Shown here piece after piece: positions 7,688-16,933 of a stretch of 64,000 bases of DNA (the stretch's first letter is position 1; each line of letters opens with the position of its first letter). Made by a program: the position numbers and the translations under genes. Below the pieces are notes generated by a model that did not search any database, had not been told where the DNA came from, and saw only the letters and a list, made by a program, of their open reading frames with translations. The DNA comes from Betaproteobacteria bacterium. GTDB lineage: Bacteria; Pseudomonadota; Gammaproteobacteria; Burkholderiales; JACQAP01. The stretch spans positions 6,838 through 70,837 of the forward strand of contig JANLTJ010000232.1 in NCBI GenBank assembly GCA_031362885.1, written 5' to 3'.

Positions 7688-9832
7688 TTACGAGGGCGGC
7701 GCAGCTTCATCAATTGCGCGCAGAACGCGTTCCCTGGTAAGCAGCTCCGGCAGCAGGACCGGCGCGCCCCGGCTGCCGGCCGCATAAACCGCGTACACCG
7801 GCACACCGATGCGCCCCAGCTCGCGCAGCGCGGCGGTGATTCGCGCGTCTGCATTGGTCCAGTCCGCGCGCATCAGCACGATCTTGCGTTGATGGAAGCG
7901 GGTCAGCACGGTATCGGACTCCAGTACCAGACGTTTGTTCACCTGGCAGGTGACGCACCAGGCCGCCGTAAAGTCGACGAACACCGCGCGTCCGTCCGAT
8001 CGCGCCGCAGCCAGCGCGTCGGGAGACCAGGGCTGCCAGATGTTTTTCCCGTCCGGGTTGGCGGCCTGTTGCGCGGCGGCCTCGCCGCTCGTGCCTGCGG
8101 GCCATGCAACGACTCCACCGGCAATTGCCAGCAACAAAGAACCGATTGCCGCGGCCAACCTTGCGAAGCGACTGGCAGCGCGCCAGCGGCTTGCCATCCA
8201 CAGCGCGGCCGCGATCACGGTGAGCCCGGCGAGCAGGCGCGCCGCGGCATCCACGCCCGCTTGTCTTCCAAGCACCCAGGCCAGCCAGACCACGGTCAGG
8301 AACAGCGGGAAAGCGAGAACCTGTTTGAGCGTCTCCATCCAGCGTCCCGGGCGCGGAATGCGCCTGATCATGGCGGGCCAGAAACACAACAGCAGATAGG
8401 GGCCGGCCATGCCCAGCGCGAGCGCCGAGAACACCAACATCGCCTCCCAGGCCGGCTGCGTGAATGCAAAGCCAAGCGAGGCGCCCATAAACGGAGCGGT
8501 ACAGGGCGAGGCAACCAGCGTGGCCAGCAGACCGGCCATCGCCGATCCGACATAGTCGTTGCGCAACCGGAACTTTCCGGCAAGCGACTGCACTGACAAA
8601 CCCACTTCGAATAATCCACTCAGGTTCAGCGCCAGTACAAAGAACAATATTGCCAATCCCGCTACCACCGGCGGCGATTGCAACTGATAGCCCCAGCCCA
8701 ACGCCTCGCCCTGCGCACGCAGTGCCAGCAGTGTTCCCGCCACCAGCCAGAACGAAACCAGCACACCGGCCGCGAATGCGATGCCGTGCGCGCGCAGCTT
8801 GGCCGGATCGCCGCGCGCCTGTTCCATGAAGCCGAGCACCTTGATCGATACCACCGGGAATACGCACGGCATCAAATTGAGCATCGCCCCGCCCAGCAGA
8901 GCGAGCACCAGCGCGGCGAGCAAGCCGAAGTCCGTGAATGGACCCGTGGCCGTTTGCGCGACCATTTCATCCGGCTGCGCTGCGCCGGGCTCCCCGGATA
9001 CCTCCGGCACGGCACTGACTGTTGCCGCAGCGACGCCTTGCGCGAGGCCGGGTGCGGCGACGATCAGGCCAGTCATCGACCCGGACTTCGAATGAATCTC
9101 CGCCGCCGCGGCAACGCGCAATGCATAACCGTCCGCCGTCCTGCTCATTCGCTGCGGCGCTGCGTTCTGGATCCAGCCGTCCTGGTCGGGGAAAAAGGCA
9201 AGCTTGTCCATTGGCGTGTGATGGCCGGACAGACGCATCACCAGTTCGTTGCCGTGCAGGCTGGCTGAGAAATTCCGGTCTTGCAGCGGGCGTGGCAACT
9301 GCGAGCGTGCGCGCTCGATGGACTTGGCCCACTTCTTATCGGCGCGCGCCGGCTCGCTGCTCACAGGAAGCATCAGAGTGAAAGTCGCGTCTCCGGGGAT
9401 GCAGATTTCTTCGCACACCAGCCAGTCCGCCCGAGCGGTGATCGTCACGCTGGTACCGGCGGCGAGATCGGCAGGCGCCTGAATATCGGTCAGCAGAAGC
9501 ACTTCGCCCTCGTAGCCAAAATTGGTGAGCGGTCCGAGATTGATGCGCTTGGGCACGGGCCACTGGATCGGGCCCGCCGAGAAATCCGGCGGCAGCGTCC
9601 ACGTCAATCGGGTCGGCAGACCGGAATCGCCGGGATTTTTCCAGTACGTATGCCAATGCTTCTGCATCTTCAGCCGCAGCACCAGGGTCATTGGCTCGCC
9701 CGAGCGCACGCTGCCCGATTCGGAAATGAGCTCGGCCTCGATGTGGGGACGTTGCACCGGCTCCGCCGCAGCCGGCACGACGAACACGAAAGCAAGAAAA
9801 GGGCAGAGCCAGCGCATGAAGATCGGGAGCAT
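7688..9832 (-). CDS. dsbD: DsbD-like thiol:disulfide interchange protein
   Basis: HWHTYWKNPGDSG, CEEIC, LNLMPCVFPV, ASPCTAPF, C-terminal thioredoxin WCVTC. Confidence 0.88.
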   Translation of the reverse strand: MLPIFMRWLCPFLAFVFVVPAAAEPVQRPHIEAELISESGSVRSGEPMTLVLRLKMQKHWHTYWKNPGDSGLPTRLTWTLPPDFSAGPIQWPVPKRINLGPLTNFGYEGEVLLLTDIQAPADLAAGTSVTITARADWLVCEEICIPGDATFTLMLPVSSEPARADKKWAKSIERARSQLPRPLQDRNFSASLHGNELVMRLSGHHTPMDKLAFFPDQDGWIQNAAPQRMSRTADGYALRVAAAAEIHSKSGSMTGLIVAAPGLAQGVAAATVSAVPEVSGEPGAAQPDEMVAQTATGPFTDFGLLAALVLALLGGAMLNLMPCVFPVVSIKVLGFMEQARGDPAKLRAHGIAFAAGVLVSFWLVAGTLLALRAQGEALGWGYQLQSPPVVAGLAILFFVLALNLSGLFEVGLSVQSLAGKFRLRNDYVGSAMAGLLATLVASPCTAPFMGASLGFAFTQPAWEAMLVFSALALGMAGPYLLLCFWPAMIRRIPRPGRWMETLKQVLAFPLFLTVVWLAWVLGRQAGVDAAARLLAGLTVIAAALWMASRWRAASRFARLAAAIGSLLLAIAGGVVAWPAGTSGEAAAQQAANPDGKNIWQPWSPDALAAARSDGRAVFVDFTAAWCVTCQVNKRLVLESDTVLTRFHQRKIVLMRADWTNADARITAALRELGRIGVPVYAVYAAGSRGAPVLLPELLTRERVLRAIDEAAPPS

Positions 9833-9850
9833 CGAATTGTCGAACGTAGA

Positions 9851-9877
9851 TCAGAACCCCGCGACGAAGGAAAGTTC
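9851..9877 (-). promoter_or_regulatory. sigmaE (RpoE/AlgU-type) promoter of the dsbD-redoxin operon
   Basis: Minus strand GAACTT-N16-TCTGA, an exact consensus match ending 18 nt upstream of the dsbD ORF. Confidence 0.75.
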
Positions 9878-9983
9878 TTGGCAGTTTTGCGCATTGACCA
9901 TGAGCCGGTGCGCCAACAACCACTGCACTGGCGCACGATTGTAACGCCACCCGAGGTGGCCTCGCGGTGTGGCAATATCGGGC

Positions 9984-11060
9984 ATGGTCGCTCTTATCCG
10001 CATCGTGGTTCTATCCGCATTCGTCTCCGGCATCCTGTTGGCGCCCGGCATGCCGCATGCGCAGACCCGGATTGCGCCGCACAGCGTCATTGAATTTGCC
10101 TCGGTTGAGCAGGGCCGAATGATCCTCGGCGCGGTGGACGATTATGTTTCGCGCATGAGTTCGTTCGACCGAATGCTGCGGCTGAAATCAACCCAGGTAA
10201 TCTCGGAGCGAGAGTTTCTCGATTTTTCCATGGACAGCGTATTGTCGTGGACTTTGGATGAGCGCTCACGGATTGATACCGTCATCGCGCCACTGGCCGG
10301 GGAATTGAGAAAACTCGGTGTGTCGTTTCCCGCCCGGGTGTTGCTGGTGAAAACTTCCGGCCGGGCGGAGGAGGGATTGGCCCATACCCGCGCCAACGCG
10401 ATCATGCTCTCGCAACGCAGCCTCGGGGCCAGCGATGAGGCGCTTGCCAGCCTGCTCGCCCACGAGCTGTTTCATGTGCTGACCCGCCATGACCCGGCAT
10501 TGCGCGCGCGTGCCTATCGGGTTATCGGTTTTCATGTTGGCGCCGGAATCGCGCTGCCGGAGCGCCTGGCGGCAATCAGAATCACCAATCCCGATGCGCC
10601 GGCGGATGATGCTTTCATCGAGATCGCCGTCGACGGCAATCCGGCGATGGCTCTGCCGCTGCTGTTGTCTCGATCGCCGGTATTCGACCCCGCCATCGGC
10701 CGCGATATTGGCGACTACTGGGAACTGAAGCTGCTGATTCTGGAAGCGGCGGGTACCAATAATCGCCTGCGGCCGCTGCTGCGTGATGGCGAGCTGGTGC
10801 TGCTGGCGATTTCTGAGGTATCCGGATTCTTCGAACAAGTCGGCCGCAACACCGATTACATTATTCATCCGGAGGAAATCCTGGCGGAAAATTTTGCGCT
10901 GATGCTGACCGGCGGCAAGGCCAGGAATCCGGATCTGATCCGCCGGATTCGCGAGCTATTCGATCCCCGCGTGGAATCGTCTGTTTCGTCCATCCGGGCG
11001 GGATCGATCGGGCAGACGATGTTCAGTTGGCATCTTCCACGCGGATACCGCGTGCCTTGA
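9984..11060 (+). CDS. Exported hypothetical protein with zincin-like HExxH motif
   Basis: Signal peptide ending AHA; LLAHELFHVLTR; distal IIHPEEILAENF. Confidence 0.7.
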   Translation: MVALIRIVVLSAFVSGILLAPGMPHAQTRIAPHSVIEFASVEQGRMILGAVDDYVSRMSSFDRMLRLKSTQVISEREFLDFSMDSVLSWTLDERSRIDTVIAPLAGELRKLGVSFPARVLLVKTSGRAEEGLAHTRANAIMLSQRSLGASDEALASLLAHELFHVLTRHDPALRARAYRVIGFHVGAGIALPERLAAIRITNPDAPADDAFIEIAVDGNPAMALPLLLSRSPVFDPAIGRDIGDYWELKLLILEAAGTNNRLRPLLRDGELVLLAISEVSGFFEQVGRNTDYIIHPEEILAENFALMLTGGKARNPDLIRRIRELFDPRVESSVSSIRAGSIGQTMFSWHLPRGYRVP

Positions 11061-12024
11061 CCACTGCGGCCCAGCGCCTGACTTCCGTCTGAATATGTGC
11101 GCCGAAAGCCATGGCGGTTCCGCCGCTGGGCGTGACTTCCATTTCCGCCAGTCGTTTGACAACGATGGCATCGGACAGCGCCTCATTGAAAGCGCGATTG
11201 AGCTTGTCAATGACGGTCGGGGGCGTTTTCTTCGGCGCCATCAAACCGAACCAGGGGGCGATTACGAAGCCGGGCAATCCGGACTCTTCCATGGTCGGGA
11301 CGTCCGGCAACGAACCAAGGCGGCGTGCACCGGTCACCGCCAGCGCGCGCAGGGCGCCAGATTTGATGTGCGGCAATATTGACGGGGAATTGTCGAAGAA
11401 CAAATCGATCTGGCCGCCGCGCAAGTCCGTGATTGCCGGCGCGCTGCCACGATAGGGCACGTGCAGCAGGATCGCGCCGCTCGACAGGCGAAACAATTCA
11501 CCGGCCAGGTGCGGCGATGAACCGTAACCCGACGAACCAAAAGTAATCCGGCCGGGGTGCTTCTTCGCGTGCGCAACCAGATCGGATACCGTGTGCGCGG
11601 GAATGGCAGGATGCACGGCCAGGATGTTGGACAGGGAAGCAAACAGAATAACCGGCTGAAAATCTCGCTCCAGATCGTAGCCGGTGCTTTTGTACACGGA
11701 CAAATTGATGGCGCAGGTGCCGATGGTACATTGCACCAGGGTGTAGCCGTCCGGCGCTGCGCGTGCCGCCGCCTGCGTGCCGAGGTTGCCACCGGCACCG
11801 GGTCGATTCTCGATTACGATCTGCTGGCCCAGCGCGCGCGCTGCCCGCTCCGACACAACCCGGGCGATAAGGTCGGAAGAACCACCGGCTGGAAATGGAA
11901 CGATGAGGTTGACCGGGCGGGAGGGGTAATTGTTGTCTTGCGGGCTGCACGCGGCGAGACCTAACCCTACGGTTGCGACTAAAGCCCCGGCGATTGCCAC
12001 TAAAGCCCCGGCAGCCACACGCAT
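11023..12024 (-). CDS. Bug/TctC substrate-binding protein, probable lipoprotein
   Basis: YPSRPVNLIVPFPAGG, IENRPGAGG, HVPYRGSAPA; hydrophobic N-terminus ending LAAC. Confidence 0.9.
   Translation of the reverse strand: MRVAAGALVAIAGALVATVGLGLAACSPQDNNYPSRPVNLIVPFPAGGSSDLIARVVSERAARALGQQIVIENRPGAGGNLGTQAAARAAPDGYTLVQCTIGTCAINLSVYKSTGYDLERDFQPVILFASLSNILAVHPAIPAHTVSDLVAHAKKHPGRITFGSSGYGSSPHLAGELFRLSSGAILLHVPYRGSAPAITDLRGGQIDLFFDNSPSILPHIKSGALRALAVTGARRLGSLPDVPTMEESGLPGFVIAPWFGLMAPKKTPPTVIDKLNRAFNEALSDAIVVKRLAEMEVTPSGGTAMAFGAHIQTEVRRWAAVVKARGIRVEDAN
11973..12014. repeat. 21-bp tandem duplication in the signal-peptide coding region
   Basis: TTGCGACTAAAGCCCCGGCGA / TTGCCACTAAAGCCCCGGCAG, encoding AGALVA twice. 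Confidence 0.8.
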
Positions 12025-12152
12025 TACGACTCTCCCCCTGCGAACGATTGGCGGCATTCTAACCATGGATACGGGTGACCTGCCCGGGAAAGAGTTGCGC
12101 CAGTGCGCATGCGGTATAGTGCAGACCAACTCTCTCCCGCCTTTTTACGACA

Positions 12153-13127
12153 TTGACTGCGCATACGTTTGAACTTCTCCGTCTCCTGGAGGATGGAGAA
12201 TTTCATTCCGGAGAAAAACTGGCGAAGGTGCTGGGCATCACCCGCGCATCGGTGTCGAATGCCCTTGCGGATGTGGAAGCCCTGGGGCTGAGTGTCTCCA
12301 GGGTGCATGGCCGCGGCTACCGGCTGGACACACCGGTGCAATGGCTGTCGCGGGACCGCATCCTCTGCCACCTCGGAAAACTGGCCGCCTGCTTCGATCT
12401 GGAAATTCTCGGCCAGACGGGTTCGACCAACACCGAACTGTTCGGTCGCGCCCTGCGTGGCGCGACTTCCGGCAGCGTGATCGCCGCCGAGATGCAAACG
12501 CAGGGACGCGGGCGGCGCGGGCGCGAATGGCATTCCAGCCCGGGTGGCGCGCTGACATTCTCGCTGCTCTGGCGTTTCGATCAGGGGGCCGGATTCCTCA
12601 GCGGGCTGAGCCTGGCGGTTGGCATTGCATTGGCCCGCACCTTGCGCAGGCACGGGGCCGCGGACGTCATGCTGAAGTGGCCAAACGATGTGCTGTGGCG
12701 GCATCTCAAACTGGCCGGCATCCTGATCGAACTGGCCGGCGATGTCATGGGACCCACGATCGCGGTGATCGGCATCGGGCTGAATCTGCGTTTGCCGGAT
12801 TCGGTGAAGTCGCGTATCGATCAACCGGTCGTGGACCTGGTTAAAGTGGGTATAGATGCGGATCGAAACGCGCTGTTTGCGGACCTTCTTGTTGAACTCG
12901 ATTCGGTACTGCGAACCTTTTCGGCTCACGGATTCGCGCCGCTTTGCGAAGAGTGGGACCACTTGCACGCCTACCGCGATAAAATGGTTCGGGTGCGCAT
13001 GCCGGATCAGACCGAAATTGAAGGCCGCGTTGAGAATGTAAGCGAAGACGGCGCCTTATTGCTGAAGACGCGTTCGGGTTCGCGAAAATTCTACGGCGGC
13101 GAGTTAAGTCTGCGCGGGCTTCGCTGA
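12153..13127 (+). CDS. birA: Bifunctional biotin-protein ligase/repressor
   Basis: N-terminal HTH (FHSGEKLA), STN, QTQGRGRRGREW, LKWPND, KLAGILIE. Confidence 0.95.
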   Translation: MTAHTFELLRLLEDGEFHSGEKLAKVLGITRASVSNALADVEALGLSVSRVHGRGYRLDTPVQWLSRDRILCHLGKLAACFDLEILGQTGSTNTELFGRALRGATSGSVIAAEMQTQGRGRRGREWHSSPGGALTFSLLWRFDQGAGFLSGLSLAVGIALARTLRRHGAADVMLKWPNDVLWRHLKLAGILIELAGDVMGPTIAVIGIGLNLRLPDSVKSRIDQPVVDLVKVGIDADRNALFADLLVELDSVLRTFSAHGFAPLCEEWDHLHAYRDKMVRVRMPDQTEIEGRVENVSEDGALLLKTRSGSRKFYGGELSLRGLR

Positions 13128-13186
13128 TTTCTTCGCCAGGATGCTTATCGCCAGGATTCTCCACACCAGGATTGATCGGGCCCATC

Positions 13187-13915
13187 TTGATTCTCGCAGT
13201 CGATGCCGGTAACAGCCGGGTGAAGTGGGCTTTGCACGACGGCCACACCTTCGTAGGTGCCGGCTGGGCCACCCTTGCCCAAATCGACACCCTCGACCGG
13301 CGTTGGGCGCAATTAACACCGCCCACGGCGGTGATGATTGCCAACGTTGCCGGTGACGGCGTCGCACAGGCATTGCGCGCGCTGTGCGGGCGCTGGCCGC
13401 TGGTGCCGCACTGGGCTGCGAGCCGGCGCGTGCAAGGCGGTGTTACCAACCTCTACGACGATCCTTCCCAGTTGGGCGTTGATCGCTGGGCGGCAATGAT
13501 TGGCGCGCGCCGTCTGTCGTCGCGTGCCTGCATCGTGGTTAACGCCGGAACCGCCATGACGGTGGATGCCCTGAACGATCAAGGCGAGTTTCTTGGCGGA
13601 ATCATAGTTCCGGGATTCGACTTGATGCATGAGTCCCTGGCTGCTCATGCCGCCCGGTTGTCTTCGGAGCGTGGAAGTTTCACTCCCTTTCCCCGAATGA
13701 CTCGCGACGCGATAACCAGCGGCGCCATTCAGGCTCTGTGCGGCGCGGTGGATCGCATGTGCCACGCCATGGCGGCGGCAGGGCTGCCGGATCCGGAGTT
13801 GATAATCAGCGGGGGCGCAGGCGAGTCGGTCGCGCGTCATATCGGCCGGCCACTGCGTATGGTCGATAAGCTGGTACTGGAAGGACTCGTGCAGATGGTG
13901 CTGGAGCCGCAATGA
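13187..13915 (+). CDS. coaX: Type III pantothenate kinase (TTG start assumed)
   Basis: AVDAGNSRVKW, LGVDRW, NAGTAMTVD, GGIIVPG; follows birA. Confidence 0.93.
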   Translation: MILAVDAGNSRVKWALHDGHTFVGAGWATLAQIDTLDRRWAQLTPPTAVMIANVAGDGVAQALRALCGRWPLVPHWAASRRVQGGVTNLYDDPSQLGVDRWAAMIGARRLSSRACIVVNAGTAMTVDALNDQGEFLGGIIVPGFDLMHESLAAHAARLSSERGSFTPFPRMTRDAITSGAIQALCGAVDRMCHAMAAAGLPDPELIISGGAGESVARHIGRPLRMVDKLVLEGLVQMVLEPQ

Positions 13916-14610
13916 AGTGGGCGTTCTTTTTGCTGCTGGCTGCGAACCTGGGACTGGCTGGCTTCATTTACGTAAGCGATCGCAGCCCGAATCCGGATGC
14001 GCAAATTCTCACGCAGCAAATGAACGCCGCCCAGATTCAGATCGTTGCGCCCAGACCGTCACCGCCTGTTCTTGCGGCGACGCCGTCGCTACTGGAACCG
14101 CTGCCGGTAACGGCGGCACCACCAGTTGCGGCGCCCGAACTCCGCGTCTGTCTGGAATGGGGTAGTTTCGCCGACACCGACTTACCCAAAGTACAGACCG
14201 CACTCAATGGGCTGTCGCTGGGCGAAAGTGTGCGCAAGATTGAAATTACGGTACCGTCACGCTATTGGATTTATCTGCCGCCGCGCAATTCCAAAGCTGA
14301 CATGGACAAGAAAATTGCAGAGCTGAAGGCGCTCGGAATTACCGAGTATTCACCACTGCTGGAAGCCGGGCCATGGCGCTATGCCGTTTCACTCGGAATG
14401 TTTCGCAACGAAGACGGAGCGAAAAAGCAGCTTGATGAGTTGCAAAAAAAGGGCGTGCGCTCTGCGCGCATTGGCGAGCGCACGCAGCGCGATACCCGCG
14501 CCGCGCTCCTGATCGTTGGTCCGTCAAGCGAACAGGCTGCGAACTTGGGCGATCTGGCGGCCGAGTATCCGGGCACCGAATTGCGGACGGTGGATTGCCC
14601 TCTTTTCTGA
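13912..14610 (+). CDS. SPOR-domain protein
   Basis: N-terminal TM (LLLAANL), Pro-rich linker, CLEWG, YAVSLGMF; usual position after coaX. Confidence 0.8.
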   Translation: MKWAFFLLLAANLGLAGFIYVSDRSPNPDAQILTQQMNAAQIQIVAPRPSPPVLAATPSLLEPLPVTAAPPVAAPELRVCLEWGSFADTDLPKVQTALNGLSLGESVRKIEITVPSRYWIYLPPRNSKADMDKKIAELKALGITEYSPLLEAGPWRYAVSLGMFRNEDGAKKQLDELQKKGVRSARIGERTQRDTRAALLIVGPSSEQAANLGDLAAEYPGTELRTVDCPLF

Positions 14611-14617
14611 CCCGAGA

Positions 14618-16345
14618 CTAAACCGCCACCAGAACCCGCAGCCCCTGGCCGTTGGTTTGCAGTTCGAGCGTGCGCGCATGAAATTCCCGCAGCGAGGGCC
14701 GATGCCCGATGCTGACGACGGTGGTTTTCGGCAGTTTTTCTCTCAGCAGCCGGTAGAGTTGCTGCTCGGCGACATCATCGAGTGCGGAGGTTGCCTCATC
14801 CAGGAACAACCACTCGGGTTTTTGCAGCAAGGCACGCGCGAAGGCGATGCGCTGTTGTTCGCCCGGCGAAAGCTGCAATGCCCAGTGCCGCGAATCGTCG
14901 ATCCGGCCGGTGAGTTGCGGCAGTCCGACCAGATTCAATGCCTCGATAACCTGCTCGTCGGGAAAGCTCTGCTCGCTGGCCGGATAGGCGACGACATCGC
15001 GAACCGTTCCAATCGGAAGATAAGGGCGTTGCGGCAGGAACAGTACACGTTCATTCGACGGTATGTGCACGCGGCCACTGCCAAACGGCCAGATTCCGGC
15101 GATGGCGCGAAACAGCGTGCTCTTGCCCGAACCGGAAGCACCGCGAATCAATACGCTGTCTCCGGGTGCGATGGTCGCGCTTGAATTCGCGATCAGAGAC
15201 GAGCCATCTGGGAGCGACAAGGCGATGTCCTCCAGCACGAGTTCGGGGCGCGAGTCGGTAATGCGTTCAACTCCGGTATTGCGGCGGGCCTGCTCCCGCG
15301 CGGTTTCGATCGCATGGTGGAAGCCGAGCAGACGATCGGAGGTGGCTTTCCAGCCTGCAAAACTGTTGTAGGCGCCGATAAACCAGGAAAGCGCACCCTG
15401 AACCTGCCCAAAGGCATTGGAGATCTGCATCAATCCGCCGAGCTGAATGGTGCCGGCGAAATAGCGGTTGCCGGCGACCAGAAAGGGAAAAATGATCGCG
15501 ACCTGGTTGTAGCCGATGGTGAACGTATTGAGCACTTTCTGCCGCTTCATGATGCGCCACCAGTTGTCAACGACGTTAGCAAAGCGCGAACGAAATCCGT
15601 CCAGTTCGTCCTTTTCGCCGGAATAGAGCGCGATGCCTTCGGCATTTTCCCGGAAGCGCACCAGAGAAAAACGGAAGTCTGCCTCGTAGCGCTGCTGATT
15701 GAAGTTGAGTCCTATGAGCACCTTGCCGATCTTGTGCGTCAACCAACTGCCGGCGATGGCGTAGATCAGCGCCGCCCAAACCATGTAGCCGGAAATCACG
15801 ATTTCCCCGCCATTCCAGGGCACCGCCAGCGGTCCCGACAGACCCCAGAGAATTCCGACAAAAGATCCCAGCGTGACCACTGCATTGAGCAATCCCAGGG
15901 ACAGGCTCAGGGTTTCATCGACGAAAAGTTTGAAATCTTCGGCGATACGCTGGTCCGGGTTGTCGGCGGGGTTGCCGGCCAACTGCAGGCGGTAGTAAGC
16001 GCGCTCTGCGAGCCACTGTTGAAGGTAATCACCGGTGAGCCAGCGCCGCCAGCGAATCTGCAGCATTTGATTCAGGTAAAACGCATAGACGGCCATGGCG
16101 ATATAGATGCTCGCCAGGATCGCGAAGCGCCCCATCAGTTTCCAGAAGGACGCTTTGTCTTTTTCCTGCAGAGCGTTGTAAAACGAGTTGTACCACTCGT
16201 TGAACAACACGTTCATGTAGACCATGGCGAGAGTGAGCGCGATAACCGCGCTTAGCAGCAGCCACGCGACCAGGCGTTCTTCGGAAGTCCAGTACGGTTT
16301 GATCAGGCGCCAGGTCTCGCGCAGAAATTTGAATCGTGAGGGCAT
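14618..16345 (-). CDS. ABC transporter, fused permease/ATPase (YddA/ABCD-like)
   Basis: DNPDQRIAED, EADFRFSLVR, Walker A GASGSGKS, LSPGEQQR, FLDEATS. Confidence 0.92.
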   Translation of the reverse strand: MPSRFKFLRETWRLIKPYWTSEERLVAWLLLSAVIALTLAMVYMNVLFNEWYNSFYNALQEKDKASFWKLMGRFAILASIYIAMAVYAFYLNQMLQIRWRRWLTGDYLQQWLAERAYYRLQLAGNPADNPDQRIAEDFKLFVDETLSLSLGLLNAVVTLGSFVGILWGLSGPLAVPWNGGEIVISGYMVWAALIYAIAGSWLTHKIGKVLIGLNFNQQRYEADFRFSLVRFRENAEGIALYSGEKDELDGFRSRFANVVDNWWRIMKRQKVLNTFTIGYNQVAIIFPFLVAGNRYFAGTIQLGGLMQISNAFGQVQGALSWFIGAYNSFAGWKATSDRLLGFHHAIETAREQARRNTGVERITDSRPELVLEDIALSLPDGSSLIANSSATIAPGDSVLIRGASGSGKSTLFRAIAGIWPFGSGRVHIPSNERVLFLPQRPYLPIGTVRDVVAYPASEQSFPDEQVIEALNLVGLPQLTGRIDDSRHWALQLSPGEQQRIAFARALLQKPEWLFLDEATSALDDVAEQQLYRLLREKLPKTTVVSIGHRPSLREFHARTLELQTNGQGLRVLVAV

Positions 16346-16370
16346 GAAGCTTCCCTTTTTGAAGAATAAA

Positions 16371-16856
16371 TCAGGAGTTGCGGATGCGCGTCAGCAGTGA
16401 CGTCGTAGAGCGTTCGAATTGAAACGCGATGGACTTGACGATGCCGCCCCAGCCCAGCACTTCTGCGGCGCCGACAATTTTTTCAGCGGGCCAGTCGCCA
16501 CCTTTGACCAGTACGTCAGGGCGACAAGTCTGGATGAGACTGAGCGGGGTATCTTCCTCGAACCAGGTGACCAGGCTCACGCTTTCCAGCGCTGCAACCA
16601 GGGCCATGCGGTCCGCGAGGGCATTGACCGGCCGGTCGTCTCCTTTGCCGAGTCTTTTCACCGATGCATCCGAGTTTAGTGCGACGATCAGGCTCGCGCC
16701 AAGCGCGCGCGATTCGGCGAGATAGGTGGCGTGGCCGCGATGCAGCACGTCAAAAACGCCGTTGGTGAAGACCAGCGGGCGAGGCTGCGATGCCAGCCGC
16801 TCGGTCAAGGCCTCGGGCGCTACGATTTTGTTCTCGAAGTCGGGGGGTCGGTTCAT
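16371..16856 (-). CDS. rfaE2: D-glycero-beta-D-manno-heptose 1-phosphate adenylyltransferase
   Basis: VFTNGVFDVLHRGH, NSDASVKRL, LVKGGDW, STT. Confidence 0.92.
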   Translation of the reverse strand: MNRPPDFENKIVAPEALTERLASQPRPLVFTNGVFDVLHRGHATYLAESRALGASLIVALNSDASVKRLGKGDDRPVNALADRMALVAALESVSLVTWFEEDTPLSLIQTCRPDVLVKGGDWPAEKIVGAAEVLGWGGIVKSIAFQFERSTTSLLTRIRNS

Positions 16857-16933
16857 GGCACTGGCCGCCATGATACAGGCGCACGTAAATCCCGTGCGCG
16901 GATGACACAGGTGCGCCGTACCCTGAAGCGGTA

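Noticed and set aside
12095..12120. TTGCGC…TATAGT as the birA sigma70 promoter
   Set aside because: The spacer is only 14 bp; the -10 is plausible but the pair is unsupported.
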